A DNA stretch of 64,000 nucleotides from the human T2T-CHM13v2.0 reference genome, Homo sapiens: assembly GCF_009914755.1 (NCBI RefSeq), contig NC_060942.1; one strand, 5' to 3'. The position numbers and the translations under genes were made by a program. Below the pieces are notes generated by a model that worked only from the letters and a program-made list of their open reading frames with translations, searched no databases and was not told the origin of the DNA. Below are positions 46,258-60,700 of this stretch, piece by piece. How positions within the stretch are numbered: position 1 is the stretch's first letter; each line of letters begins with the position of its first letter.

Positions 46258-47330
46258 TGGCTAGCCAGTTATCCCAACACCATTTATTGAATGGAGAATT
46301 CATTTTCCATTGCTTGTTTTTGTCAGGTTTGTCAAATATCAGATAGTGGTAGGTGTGTGGTCTTATTTCTGGGTTCTCTATTCTGTTTCTTAGTCTATGT
46401 GTCTATTTTTGTGCCAGTACCAAACTGTTTTGGTTACTGTAGCCCTGTAACATAGTTTGAATTCAGGGAGCATGATGCCTTCATCTTTGTTAGTTTTGCT
46501 TAGGATTGCCTTGATTATTCAGTCTCTTTTATGGTTCTATATGAATTTTAAAATAGTTTTCTCTAGTTCTGTGAAAAATGTCAATGGTAGTTTGATGGAA
46601 ATGGCACTGTATCTATAAATTGCGTTGGGCAGTATGGCCCTTTTAACGATATTGATTCTTCCTATCCATGAGCATGGAGTATTTTTCCATTTGTTTGTGT
46701 CATCTCTGGTTTCTTTGAGCAGTGTTTTGTAGTTCTCCTTGTAAAAATATTTCACCTCCCTAGTTAGCTTTATTCCTAGGTATTTTATTCTTTTTGTGAC
46801 AATTGAGAATGGAATTTCATTCCTGATTTGGTTCTCAGCCTGACTGTTGTTCATGTATAGGAATACTAGTGAATTCTGAACATTGATTTTGTATCCCAAG
46901 ACTTTGCTAAAGTCGTTTATCAGCTTAAGAATCTTTTGGGCTGAGATTATGAGGTTTTTCAGATACAGGATCATGTCATCTGCAAATAGGGATAGTTTGA
47001 CTTCCTCTCTTCCTATCTGAATGCCCTGTATTTCTTTCTCTTGCCTAATTGCCCTGGCCAGAACTTCCAATATTATGTTGAATAGGAGTGGTGAGAGAGG
47101 GCATCCTTGTCTTGTGCCAGTTTTCAAGTGGAATGCTTCCAGCTTTTGCCAACTCAGTATAATGTTGGCTGTGGGTTTGTCATATATGGCTCAATATTTT
47201 GAGGTATGTTCCTTCAAAGTCTAGTCTGTGGAGTGTTTTTATCATGAAGGAATGCTGACTTTTATTGAAAGCCTTTTCTACATCTATTGAGATAATCATG
47301 TGGTTTTTGTTTTTAGTTTTGTTTATGGAA
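46258..47330 (-). mobile_element. L1PA/PB ORF2 fragment (reverse transcriptase region)
   Basis: ORF 46537-47127 with [15 protein letters not shown] and FADDMILY. Confidence 0.9.
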
Positions 47331-47750
47331 CATTACTATTTTAAAATTGGTTTAGCTATTAGATTCTCACTAGATCTTATTCAGTGTGTTCAGAAAGCAC
47401 TTGTATTACTATATCACCATTGAAAAAATATTTGAATACTACAGTTTAGTGTAATTGATTTTCTTTGTGTTCTTATATTCTTAAGTTTAATTTATTTTTA
47501 ATTGACAATAATTCTACATATTTATGTGGTACATAGTGATGTGATACATATAATATGTAGAGATCAGATCAGGGTAGTTAGCATACCCATCATTTCAAAT
47601 ATTTATCATTTTTTGTTGGGAATAGTTGATATCTTTTCTTCTAGCTATTTGAAAATATAAAAAATATTATTTTTGGCTATAGTCATCCTACAGTGCTATA
47701 AAACATAAGAACTTATGTCTCTAATCTAGCTGTGATTTTGTGTCCTTTAA

Positions 47751-48191
<441 letters not shown>

Positions 48192-48603
48192 TGATGAACA
48201 GCTTTTTGTTCCTGCTTTATTTCACTTAACATAATGTACCCCAGTCTCATACATGTTGTTGCAAATAACATGATTGTTATTTTTATAGCTGAGTAATATT
48301 CCATTGTATATTTGTACTGCATTAAAAAAATCTCTTCATCTGCTCTCAGACACGGGTTGATTTCATGTCTTGGTTATTGTGAATAGTGCTGCAATAAATA
48401 TGAGGCTACAAATGTCTCTTTGATATACTGATTTTCTTTCCTTTGGATAAATGCCCAGTAGTGGGATAGATGGATCATATGTAGTTCTATTTGTAGTTTT
48501 TTTGTTTTCTTTTGGTTTGGTTTTTAAAGGAAACTCTGTATTGTTCTTCATAGTGGCTGTGCCAGTTTATTTTCCCACCAATAGTGTATAAGAGATCTTT
48601 TTC

Positions 48604-48890
48604 TGGCTCACGCCTGTAATCCCAGCACTTTGGGAGGCCGAGACAGGCGGATCATGAGGTCAGGAGATTGAGACCATCCTGGCTAACATGGTGAAACCCT
48701 GTCTCTACTAAAAATACAAAAACTTAGCCGGGCGTGGTGGCGGGTGCTTGCAGTCCCAGCTGCTGGGGAGGCTGAGGCAGGAGAGTGGCGTGAACCCCGG
48801 AGGCAGAGCTTGCAGTGAGCCGAGATGGCGCCACTGTACTCCAGCCTAGGCGACAGAGCAAGATGCCGTCTCAAAAAAAAAAAAAAAAAG
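48604..48890 (+). mobile_element. AluY
   Basis: ACCATCCTGGCTAACA, GGCGTGAACCC, GAGCTTGCAGTGAG; A-tail. Confidence 0.9.
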
Positions 48891-49152
48891 AGTTCTCTTT
48901 TCTCCACATCCTCACCAGAATTTATTATTTTGTCTTTTTGATAATAGCCATCCTAACTGGGGTGAGACAGCCTATCACTGTGGTTTTGATTTGCACTTTC
49001 CTGATGATAAGTGATGTTGAGCATTTTTTCCACATATTTATTGGCCATTTGTAATTCCCTGTATATTTTACCTTATGTGTACAAGATATTATTCTGAGAA
49101 GGGTCCAGACTTCACCAAACTTCCAAAGGGATATATGATGTATTTGTATATG

Positions 49153-49155
49153 CAC

Positions 49156-49186
<31 letters not shown>
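49153..49186. repeat. (CA)n microsatellite
   Basis: Direct reading; one interruption. Confidence 0.9.
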
Positions 49187-52100
49187 GAGCTAAGAATCCC
49201 TGGAGTGGGGATCAAGAGCACCGTAATTGAAACTGGATTGCCTGATTTGAATCTAGCTTTTCACCATTTTCCAGGTTTGTGGCTTGGGGAATGTTAATTA
49301 GCTTCTCTATTCTAATTTTCTCATCATCTTGTAAGCAGAGTTTGTAAGTTACCAGGCTGCAAGCCATAACTGTCCTCTATTCCCAACGTGTTTCGTGTTC
49401 CCTCAAAGATTTATAAAGAAATCAAGTTAATTACCAAAATTAGATAGTGGAAAATTTCACAAATAAATACAGATTTATTTATTTTCATGAAAAATGAAGC
49501 AAACAAATATAAGCCCGGCAATATTTGGCCAGAATTCCAAGTTGGAGCTCAGCTTTTAGATCGAATTATAACCAGAGACCTCGTCTCTCTGTTTTGTTTG
49601 CACCAGGCCACTCCATTCATGTATATTACACCAGCAGTTCTGCCTACATGAATAGAGCAGCCTCGTGCAAAACAGAACCTGCCCTTTCTACCACCATGCC
49701 TACAACTTTTTTTGCATTTCTAACTCTCACTTTACTGTAATCCACCCTTGTTCCTAGCCTTTCATGCCTTACTCTCAACAAACATTAGCATTTGTTGAAT
49801 CACCAGGAATATAATGTTTTTACAAATTATTCCTATATGAGACTTTAGGTCAAGCAGGATCATAGAATCTGTTATACTTTTATCCTCTTCTTGTTTTATA
49901 CCTCTCTTCCTTGTATCCTGATTCGTTTTCTGTTTGTACTCTAGCAGAAATCTGTTTTCAGTCATTGGCATTTCATTATACACTGAAGAGCTATGCTAGC
50001 TCTTCCAAGGATATGTCTAATTATAAGAGGATAGGATTTTTCTCTAGGTGAAGTATCTCAGAATTAGTAGGGAGGAGATGACTGTCGTAAGTTGAATTTT
50101 CTGCCTTTTAGGCTACTCTCAGTAAAGATAATCCAAGAAATGTTTTTTGGCCCTTTTTACATATCAGAATCTGTGAGATGTACTGAGGAAACAGAAATGA
50201 TAACATAACTTTCCTATCCTTGAAGAGATTATATTCTAACAAGAGGAAAGATAATTGCCATGGTGTAAATTTGCATGTAGTGATATGGGAACCTAGGAAA
50301 AGGCAAGTCTAAATGTCCCTGGCAAAGTCAGAGTAAGCTTGGAGATCAGATGTAGTGCTGAATTTGAGATCTGAATGACAGGTTGGAGTAAAATAAGCCA
50401 GGAAGGGAACAGCATGGACAAAGGCAGAGGAGCATAAAATGCCCAATGAATTCAGGACCTACATTTGGTTTACTATTTCTGGAGCACACGATATTAAGTT
50501 AGTAGTAGCGGAAAGAGAATCTGTGCTGATAGGAGGTGGTCAGAGCCTTGGATGCTACTATAATAAAGACATTAGGCATATTGTAGAGGTAATGGGGAAG
50601 CACTGATTAAGTGGGGGCAGACTATCAGCAGCTGCTTAACTTTTATCCAGTTTCTGCTGTGAGAACTTTTTACAGACTTCTCGGGTGATTTGCTTAGGAT
50701 GTTTTATCTTATTTTTCCCTGTAGTGGATAAAAGGATGCTAAACATACAGTCTGCACTTGAAGACTATATTGGAGCTACAGAAAAAAAGTTATCCTTGTT
50801 CTTTTTGTCTCTTTCCACCCCTCCTGTATAACTTTGAATTTGCTTGTTTTGACCAACATACTGAGACTTGGCTTATGTGGAGTTATGTGGACTATTAGCC
50901 TAAGTAATTTCCAGACCGAAATCTCTCTTTTCCCTCTTATTACCTTCTTTCCTCAATGCCTTATGTCTTGAAGCAACTTCTCAGGGTCTTTCTACCTCCC
51001 ATACTCTGAAATGACCTTATTGGTTTATGGAAATCTGTTCCTCTGCATTGCAATTCTTGCATTTTCACTGATGTGGCAGTTGGTGGAAGCCTAGACCTTA
51101 AGATGATAGAACACCTGGAGGGGAGCAGGAAGGATTGCCGAAGAGATCTAGATATCCCTCATGAGGGAGGCACTGCTCAGCACTTGTTTTTCCAGGTGTG
51201 AAGTATTCTGACTTGATACTAATTTTGACAATTTTCATCCACTATTGATGAATATCATATATTTATTTATTCTCAAATATTTATTACTGAAAGTTTATAA
51301 TGTGATGGGCATTATTTTATGGATTACAGAAAAAATAGCAGTGAGGCTGGGAAATAGAAAGCAACAAATTACTACAGTGTAGGATTCTGCCTACCTCCAC
51401 AGCCCTATTTTGCATTTTTCTCCTCCTTGAACACTAACTTCCCTTGTCTTCTAGCGTGCCAGGCTCCACTGCTGTTGGGGCCTTTTCCAAATGCCATATA
51501 TCTAACATAATGATATCCATTTGCTCAACCTGCCCATGTCCTATACATGTACCCTCAGGACTAAACCTTGATGGAATTTCTCCAAGAAGTCTTCCAATGA
51601 CCACAGCAACCGGGGAAGGTTCCAGCATTATATGTTCTTTCGCTATTCTATACATGTTCCTAATAGTGCCCAGCATAATTATAATTAGAAATGATTTTGC
51701 TATTCTTTATTGAATACCTTTATATCCCCCCTCTAGACTGGAATTCCTTGAGGGTAGAGAGAAATACATCATATTTACTCTCTATTGCCAACAAGTAACA
51801 GAAGGCCTGGCATACACAGATACTCATGCACTTGTTGAAATATTAAATGAGCTGCAATGATAGAAGTATCTGCAGGTTAGTTTTGGAATATAGAGGAGGG
51901 ATTGGCCAATTATCACAGGTATAAAGGAAGGTTAATTGATGTAACAGAATGTGGTGATAGTCTAGTAGAATCTTAAAATAGGATCTTAGGACAGCAGGGT
52001 TGAGGGGAGAGCATTCTAGGCAAAAGGAAGAGCATATGCAAAATGTGGAGGGTAAAACAACATGATGTGTTCTGAGAATGGAACTCATCCATCAGTTTAG

Positions 52101-53239
52101 AAGAAAAAGATGCTGGTTAGGAGACTGATAAGATATGAAGCTAAAGATTTAGGCATTTAGATAGACCTTAAACTACTTATAAAGGCAATTTTTTATTTAC
52201 AAATGTGCATACCTTTTGAAATAAAATCTTATTACTGAAGATTTATTCTATGAATACGTCTGGATACATAAGAAATGATATATGTTCACTATTACTTATT
52301 GTGGCACTATAATAAAATAAATAGGAGAAAACTTCATTAACTATCAGTAAGATACAAATTAAATAAATTATCCATAGAGTGAAATAATATGAAATGGTAA
52401 AAATAATTAGAACTCTCTGTACTGATATTCAAAGCTTCCATACTATTAAGTAAACAAAAAAATAAGTTGAGATATGTAAAATGAATACTTACTTTAAATG
52501 ATAAGAAGCAAAAAGTATTAATCTATATTTGAATCTGCTTGTATCTGGTTAAAGAAACCACAGATATGGTAATAAAAATTAAATAAAATTAATAAAGTAG
52601 ATTCAGATGCGTGTATGTTTGTGCATGTGTATGCATACATGCAAGGGAAACTGGAGAGATAAGAGCAGGGATGGAAAGCACACTTTCAATTTTATATATT
52701 TTGATACTATTCTGATATTCTCTTTTTTATTATATTACCTTATTTTTATTTTAGTATTATGTCATGCATCAGTTTTATCTTCTTATCAAAGTTGATATAC
52801 ACCTTTCTTTATAGAATTTCTTATCAATATCTTTTTTATTTAAGCAGTTACATTTTTAATTATGAACATGACAATTTCAGCAAAAATAATGTACCAACTT
52901 TGTGCCAATAGTAGTGGAGGATGCAAAGGAAGGCAAAATCTAGTGGTCTGGAGAATCTTCCAATTTAGTCAGGAAGACATGCAGCACATAACTAGGTGTA
53001 TGTTTAAGTATTTTACCATAGATCTACAACATTCATGACATAATCTCAGCTACACAGTGCAATAGGAACACCTTAAGTATTGTCAGGTAAACTAAGAAAA
53101 TGTAAGTGATATTTTAGCAGTCAGTTATGCTCACTACCTGGGTGATGAGATCATTTATACCTCAAACTTCAGCATCATGCAATATAACCATGAAACAAAC
53201 CTGTACATGTACCCTCTCAATATAACGTAAAAGTTGAAA

Positions 53240-53600
53240 TTTTTTGTACATATTATGGGGTACATGTGATGTTTTGATACAGGCATACAATGTGTAATGA
53301 TCAAATCTGGGTAACTGAGGCATCTATAACCTCAAGCATTTATCATTTCTTTGTGTTAGGAGCATTCCAGTTCAACTCTTTTAGTTATTTTTAAATATAC
53401 AATAAATTATTGTTAATTATAGTCACCCTATTGTGCTACCGAATACTGGACCTTATTCCTTCTGTCTAACTGTATTTTTGTATCCATTAGCCATATCGTC
53501 TTTATCTCTCCCTCCCCACTACCCTTCCCAGCCACCATTCTATTCTCTCCATGAGTTCAATTTTTTTAGCTCCCAAATATGAGTGAGAACATGTGATATT
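53240..53600 (-). mobile_element. L1MA 3' end
   Basis: GGGGTACATGTGATGTTTTGATAC...TAGTCACCCTATTGTGCTACCGAATAC. Confidence 0.82.
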
Positions 53601-53679
53601 TGTGTAAGTCAGCTTAATAGCTTCTGAACAGCTTGACTAAAGAAACATACATTGTATTTTTTTCTTTTTTTTTCCTAAC

Positions 53680-54340
53680 TAATGTTGGTGAGGATGTGGA
53701 TAAAAGGGAACCTTCGTATGCTCTTGGTGGGAATGTAAACTGGTACAGCCACTATGGAGAACATTATGGAAGTTCCTTAAAAAACTAAAAATAGTACTAC
53801 TATATAATCCAGTAATCTCATTCCTGGGTCTATATCCAAAAGAAAGGAAATCAGTATATTGAAGAGATATCTGCTCTCTCATGTTTATTTCAGCACTATT
53901 CACAATAGCCAAATATGGAATCAACCAAAGTGTCTATCAATGGACGAACAGATAATTAAACTGTGGTGCACATACACAGTGAAATATTTTTCAGCTATAC
54001 AAATGATAAAATCCTGTTATTTGCAAAGCATGGATGGAACTGGAGGACATCATGTTAAGTGAAGTAAATCAGGCATGAAAAGACAACTATCACATGTTCT
54101 CACTCATATTTCTCACTCATATCTCAGCTAAAAAAAATTGAACTCAGAGAGAGAGAAAGTAGAATGATGGCTACTGGAGATTAGGAAGGGTAGTGGGGAG
54201 GGAGATATAAAGAGGATATGGTTAATGGGTACAAAAATACAGTTAGAAGGAATAAAGTCTAGTATTCGGTAACACAATAGGGTGACTATAGTTAACTATA
54301 ATTCATTGTCTATTTAAAAATAACTGAAAGAGTTGAATAT
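53680..54340 (+). mobile_element. L1MA 3' portion
   Basis: GTTGGTGAGGATGTGGATAAAAGGGAAC...CACAATAGGGTGACTATAGTTAAC. Confidence 0.82.
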
Positions 54341-54737
54341 AATTTTAGAAAAACATTTTTTTCTGTATATACATATATATATACACATTTCTGTATATCT
54401 GTATATATGTAGAAAATATTTTAAGCTATTAAATTTAACTAGTGCATTTAGCAATGTTGTTTGATAATGGTTAATTTTTCCCAAATTGATCCATAGATTT
54501 AATGCAATCTCAATCAAATTTCTAATAATATATTTGAGCAAATTGACAAGCTGATTCTAAAATTTATATGCAAATACAAAGAGGTAAGAATATCCAAAGA
54601 AATTCTGAAGGAAGGCATACACTACATATATCAAGACTTTCTTCAAATTTTGAAAGAAGACACAAGAAGTCTTCATATATGGTAGACTATGTCATCCTTT
54701 GAAACTTTCTTGACTATTCTTGCCTCTTTGCATTTCC

Positions 54738-55180
54738 AAAAACATGGAATTAACCTAGATGCCCATAAATAGTAGACTGGATGAAGAAAACAAGATACAT
54801 ATACACCATGGAATACAATGCAGCCATAAAAAAGAATGATATCATGTCCTTTGCAGCAACATAGATGAAGCTAAAGGCCATTATCCTAAGCAAAGACACA
54901 CAGAAACAGAAACAAAAAACCAAATACCACATGTAGTCACTCATAAGTGGGAGCTAAACATTGAGTAGGAATGGACACGAAAAAGAAAACAATAGACACT
55001 GGGGCCTACTACAGAGAGAAGGGTGGCAGAAGGGGGAAAATCCAAAAACCACCTATTGAGTACTATGCTTATTACCTGGGTAACAGAGTAATCTGTATAA
55101 CAAACATCTGTGACATATAATTTACCTATAAAACAAACTTGCACATATACCCCTGAAATAAAAATAAAAGTTAAACAAAA
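54738..55180 (+). mobile_element. L1PA16/L1PB-type 3' end inside an older L1M (54440-56430)
   Basis: CATGGAATTAACCTAGATGCCC...TATTGAGTACTATGCTTATTACCTGGG...AAATAAAAGTT. Confidence 0.82.
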
Positions 55181-56476
55181 GACTATATATTGAAATCTTG
55201 TATTGGTAAAGAAAAAAGAAACATGCTAGTGAAACACATTAGAGATTCTGGGAATAAAAAGAAAGTATATAGTCACCTGATCTATGAGAAATAGGATAAT
55301 GAAGAGAAGAAACAAAAATATGATGCTTGGCAATTATGCTCCTACCTTGAACAAACAACTACAAAAAAGCTTGGCTCTAAATTCACAAAATTCACAAAAA
55401 TAATTCAGAATAATATATATCTCTATATAAATAAAAATAAAGCTTTCAGAAGATGATATAGGAGATATAGGAGAATGTTCTCATGACTTTTGTATATGCA
55501 AGGATTTCTTAAATACGACAAATTATTTTAAACAAAAGAAAAAATGACAAACTAGACTTCATTAAAATACATTATCAATCATCATTAAAGACATTATGAG
55601 AGTGAAAATGCAGCTCATAATTTGGAAAAGGAAATTTACTAAGCATATAAGCAGCCCCCAAGATATTCCTCCTTTTAAACTTTATATTGAAAATACTAAA
55701 AGTCTGCTTATAAATCAGTAAGAAAAAAGCAGACTAATGGATAAATGGGCAAAAACTTGATAAGCTGTTTACAAAAGGAGATATTCAAATGCTCAATAAG
55801 CATATGAAAGTTTGCTTAACTGTATTAATAATTATTCATATACATATTGAAATTTTAATGCAATATGTATTTATATACATCAGAATGGCTAAACTGAAAA
55901 AGTAATACTCTCCTAGATGTTAATTAGGATGTGGAGCAACAGAAACTCTCACAGACTATTACTGAAACATGCATTTATACAATCGTTTTGGAAAGCTGGA
56001 AGAATATACCAAAAGTGAACACACATATACTACTCTACCACACACTAATTCTACTAATTTTCTCCTAGTTGTATGTCCAACATACAATATATACTAAAAG
56101 GCATGTATGAAATATTCATAGCAGTTCTATTAGTAGCAGAACTGTAATACAAGCCATATGCCCATCAACAATAGACTAAATACTGGTATATTAATAAAAT
56201 AGATTACCATACAACAACGAGAATAAAAGAACTATAATTGTACACCAAAACATAGATGTATGCTGAGCAAAAAGTCAGACAATAGTTAAAACAAACTGTA
56301 TTACTTTATATAAATTCTAAAATGGCAAATGTAATCCATTTTGTTAGAAGTCAGGGGACTAATTACTCTTCAGTTAACAAAGTCAAAAACTGATAGAAAG
56401 TTTAAAAGGAAGAATAACTTAGGGGCTGGTAATGTTCTTTAGATCAATCTATTAAATAGTCATGTGGCTGAGTTCA

Positions 56477-56965
56477 TGTGAAGGTATGGTAGTCTCCCAA
56501 AAGGTATTCATGTCTTCATTCCTGAAATTTATAAATTTTACCTTATATTTGAAAAAAGGGGTATTTGTTGTTGTGCTTAATTTATGAATCTTGAAATCTG
56601 GAGATCATCCTGGATTATCTAGCTGGGCCTAAAATTCAATCACATGTATCCGTGTAAGAGGAAGGCTAAGAGAGACCTTATACATAAAGTGGTAGATTGA
56701 TATAAAGTTGGAGCAAAGAGATTTGAAGATGTGAGGGTGATGTGGCCAATAGCCAAGGAATCCTCACGGACACCAGAAGCTGGAAACGGCAAGAAACAGA
56801 TTTTTCTCCAGAGTTTCTGAAAGAAGTGTGGCCCTGTTAACATCTTGATTTTGATCCAGTGATACTGATTTTGAATTTCTGTCCTCCATAACTAAGAGAA
56901 AATATGTTTCTGTTCTTATGAGCCACCCAGTGTGTAGTAATTTGTTACTATAGGAAACTAATACA
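56477..56965 (+). mobile_element. MLT1C/D MaLR solo LTR
   Basis: GGAGATCATCCTGGATTATC...CCAGAAGCTGGAAACGGCAAGAAACAGATT...TAGGAAACTAATACA. Confidence 0.85.
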
Positions 56966-57719
56966 ATGGTGATTCATCATTCATCAAACTATACATACAC
57001 TTATGATTTGTGATTTTTTATGTTTCTGTTACACCTCAGTAAAGAGTTTACTAAAAATTAAATGCGTAAAGAACAGGCTTAAGTGATGTATGAACTTCTT
57101 CAACAAATATTAATAAAGTTTTTATTCTATCCAGAATTTCTGCTAACTACTGGGAATTTAATGATGAGAAAAATGAAAAATATCCCAGTCCTAGTGGAAA
57201 AGGCAGGTTAAACAAATAGCTATAGAGTCTAAATTGCTTTGATACAGACTTAAGAGCAGGTAAGAAAAATCTGAGGCCTGAAGTATGTTAGTAGACAAAG
57301 AAGAAAAGTGAAGCTCTCCCTAGTACAGAAATCTACTTACAAAGGAAATTATCTACAAAGGATAATCAGATAACCACTGCACTGGAGAAATTAAAAGCTC
57401 AGATTATAGGAGACAGAGTAAATTACGGGGAACTAAGTATTCATCAATTTTCTTATATCTTCTTCTAGAGTGTAGAGCTGTTACTGGAAAATAGCTCCCC
57501 TTCTGGAACTACAATTCTTAGTCACCTTTCTTCTAAGCAAGGCCATATGTCCTATTCTTACCAACAAAATATCATATTCTTATCAACAAAAAGAAATAAT
57601 TTGACTAACATAGTAATAATGAAGTCTGCCTTAACTCTTTAGTCCTTTGTCTGCCAAGAGGATGCAGAAGACTCTGGGATCCTAAATAAATCTTAAATCA
57701 AGAAGATGCAAGAGGAAGT

Positions 57720-60700
57720 GACACCAATAAGATAGCTGACTAGAAGTTCCTAACACTCAACCTCCTCCCCGGCCACCACACAAAAGGACCAAAGAAACAA
57801 ATAAATAACCACATTTCAACTAAAATATATGAAAGAGAGCCCTGGAGTACAACAAGGAAATGGCAGAGACCATGTGGATCACGGAGACTCAGGATGGCCA
57901 TATAAAAAAGGGAATGGAACACTCTGCCTTTACCATCTTTTCTCTCCTAGTGGGATGAGGTTAGAGCCAGGGCAGACTCTCCTTACAGAGAAAAGGTATG
58001 CAGGAGGCCCTCAGCAACACAAATTAAAATGTGGACACCCACAATCTTTGCTCCTGGAGATCACTGTAGTCCTTACAGGTCCTAGGCCCAGCCTGAGGAG
58101 TTGCCTGGAGTTCACATGTCTATGTTACTCCAAACAAGGAGCTATATTGTGTCTCATCCTGCCCTATTATCGAAGCTGCTGCAGTGTAATGACATCTTGA
58201 GACTGAAGCCACTGCTAGGGTGCCTTCTCATTTGGGGGCCAGTAGCCACTCTATCTTCCCATATCCTAGGCTTCACTGCCACTACACCACACCTACTCAT
58301 GGTAGCGCACCATTCTGCAGCTGAGCAGCTACAACTTCTAACCCCATGGAAACAAACTGCCAAGAAGGCACTCCATCTTTCCATCCCAGTGACTGCGGTA
58401 TCTTGGCTCCGTCTACTCAGAGCCTAGGACCAGCACAACAGCTGTAACCTTAGCACCTGAGCCCATGTGGCACCCTGTTCCCCAAGGAACAGGCACTCAT
58501 GCCCAGTGATGAGGCTGTACCCAAGCTAGCATAGCAGCCTCACAAACTCCTGCAGCCTAAGACATTTTCTTATGAGGAAATCCCCCTATATGGGACTTCA
58601 TGGCTGTATCTTGCTGCTCGGACTATCAGCATATTTCTCAGAATATTTCTCAACCTTGCAGGCCAGGAAATAATGGGATAATATATTCAAAGTGCTGAGA
58701 GAAAAAAATAAAACTTCTAGTCAAGAAGAGTATACTCATCAAAGTTATTCTTTAAATATGAAGGAGAAGTAAAGTCTTTCCCAGACAAGCAAAAGTTGAT
58801 GGAATTCATCACCACTAGAACAGCTGTACAAGAAATGCTTAAAAGACGGCTTCAAAGGATGTTAATTGCCACCATGAGGTGAAAGGATGTTAATTACTAC
58901 CATGAAAGTATTTAAACTCACTGGTAGAAGTAAACTCATAATTAAATTCAGAGTGCTACATTATTGTAGTGGTGGTATACAGTATGAAGGTTAAAAGTCA
59001 AAATGGTCAACAATAACCATAGCTACAATAAGTTTTTAAGAAATAAACCATATAAAAGATGTGAATTAAGACAAAATTATAAATTGGGTTGGAGGGTAAA
59101 AGTCTAGAATATTTGCAGGCAATCAAAGTTAAATTGTTATTAGCTTAAAATAAACCTTTAGAACTATAAGATTTGTTATGTAAGCCCCAGAGTAACAAAA
59201 AAGAAAAAAGTTACAGCATATATGCAAATGAAAAAGAGAATGGAATAAAACCATGAAACCACAAAAGCAAACACAAGAGAGGAAGAAAGAAACAAAGACC
59301 TACAAAATAACCAGAAAACAATGAACAAAATGGCAACAGTAAATCCATAACTATCAATAATAACCTTCAATATAAGTGTATTAAATTCTGTAATTAAAAG
59401 ATGGCTGAATGCATTTTAAAAACATACAACTATATACTGCTTACAGGAGACTTACTTCACCTGTAAAGACACATATTGACTAAAAATAAAGAAGAGAAAA
59501 CTATATGCCATGCAAATGGAAATCAAAAGAGAGCAAAAGTAGCTATACTTAGATCAGATAAAATAGACTTTAAGTCAAAAACTGTAAAAAGAGACAAAGA
59601 TGGTCATGATATGATGAACAGGTCAATTCAGTAAGGGGATATAACAACTACAAATATATATGAATCTCAAACCAAAACACCCAGGCATATAAAGCAAATA
59701 TTATTAGATGTAAAGGGAGAGATAGACTCTAATGCAATAATAATAGAGGACTTCGATATCTCACTTTTGGCAAAGGACAGATCATCTAGACAAAAATTCA
59801 GCAAAAAAAAACAACAAATATAAAGCGCACTCTAGATCATGTGGACCTACCAGATATTCACAGAACATCCCACTCAACAGTTGAAGAGTATGCATTCTCC
59901 CCATCAGCACATGGAAGTGTCTTCAGGGTAGATCAGATGTTAGGCCACAAAACAAATCTCAGCAAATCTGTAAAAATCAAAATCAAGTATCTCTTTTGAC
60001 CATGATGGAATAAAACTAGAAATCACTAACAGTAAAAACTTTAGAAACCATTTAAATACATGTAAATTTAACAACATACTCCTCTATAACAAATGGATTA
60101 ATGAATAAGTTAAAAAGAAAATTCAAACACTTCATGAGACAAATGAAATTGGAAACACAGTATATGAAAACTTATGGAATACAGCAAAAGCAGTTCCAAG
60201 AGGGAAGTTTACAGCAATAAACACCTACGCCATAAAAGACAAAAAGTCTCAAATAAACAGTCTAACCTCATACCTCAAGGAACTAGAACAACAAGAACAA
60301 ACATAAAATTAGTAGAAAAAAGAAATAAATGAGTGGATATAAGTGGAATAGTGACTAAAACAATACAGAAATCCTTGAACAGAAACAAACCTTTAATTAG
60401 ATTAACTTAGAAAAGTAGATGGAAGGTTCAAATAAAATCAGAAATAAAAAAGTATACATTACAACTGATGTAACAGCAATACAAAGGATTATAAGAGACT
60501 ATTATGAACAACTACATGCCAACATATACATATACAACCTACCAAAATTGAATTATGAAAAAGTAGAAAATCTGAAGAGACCAATAGTGAGCAACAACAT
60601 AGAATCTATAATAAAAAGTCTCCCATCAAAGAAAAGCTCCAGATATGATGGCTTCACTAGTGAAATCTACCAAACATTTAAAAGATGTTATCAATACTTT

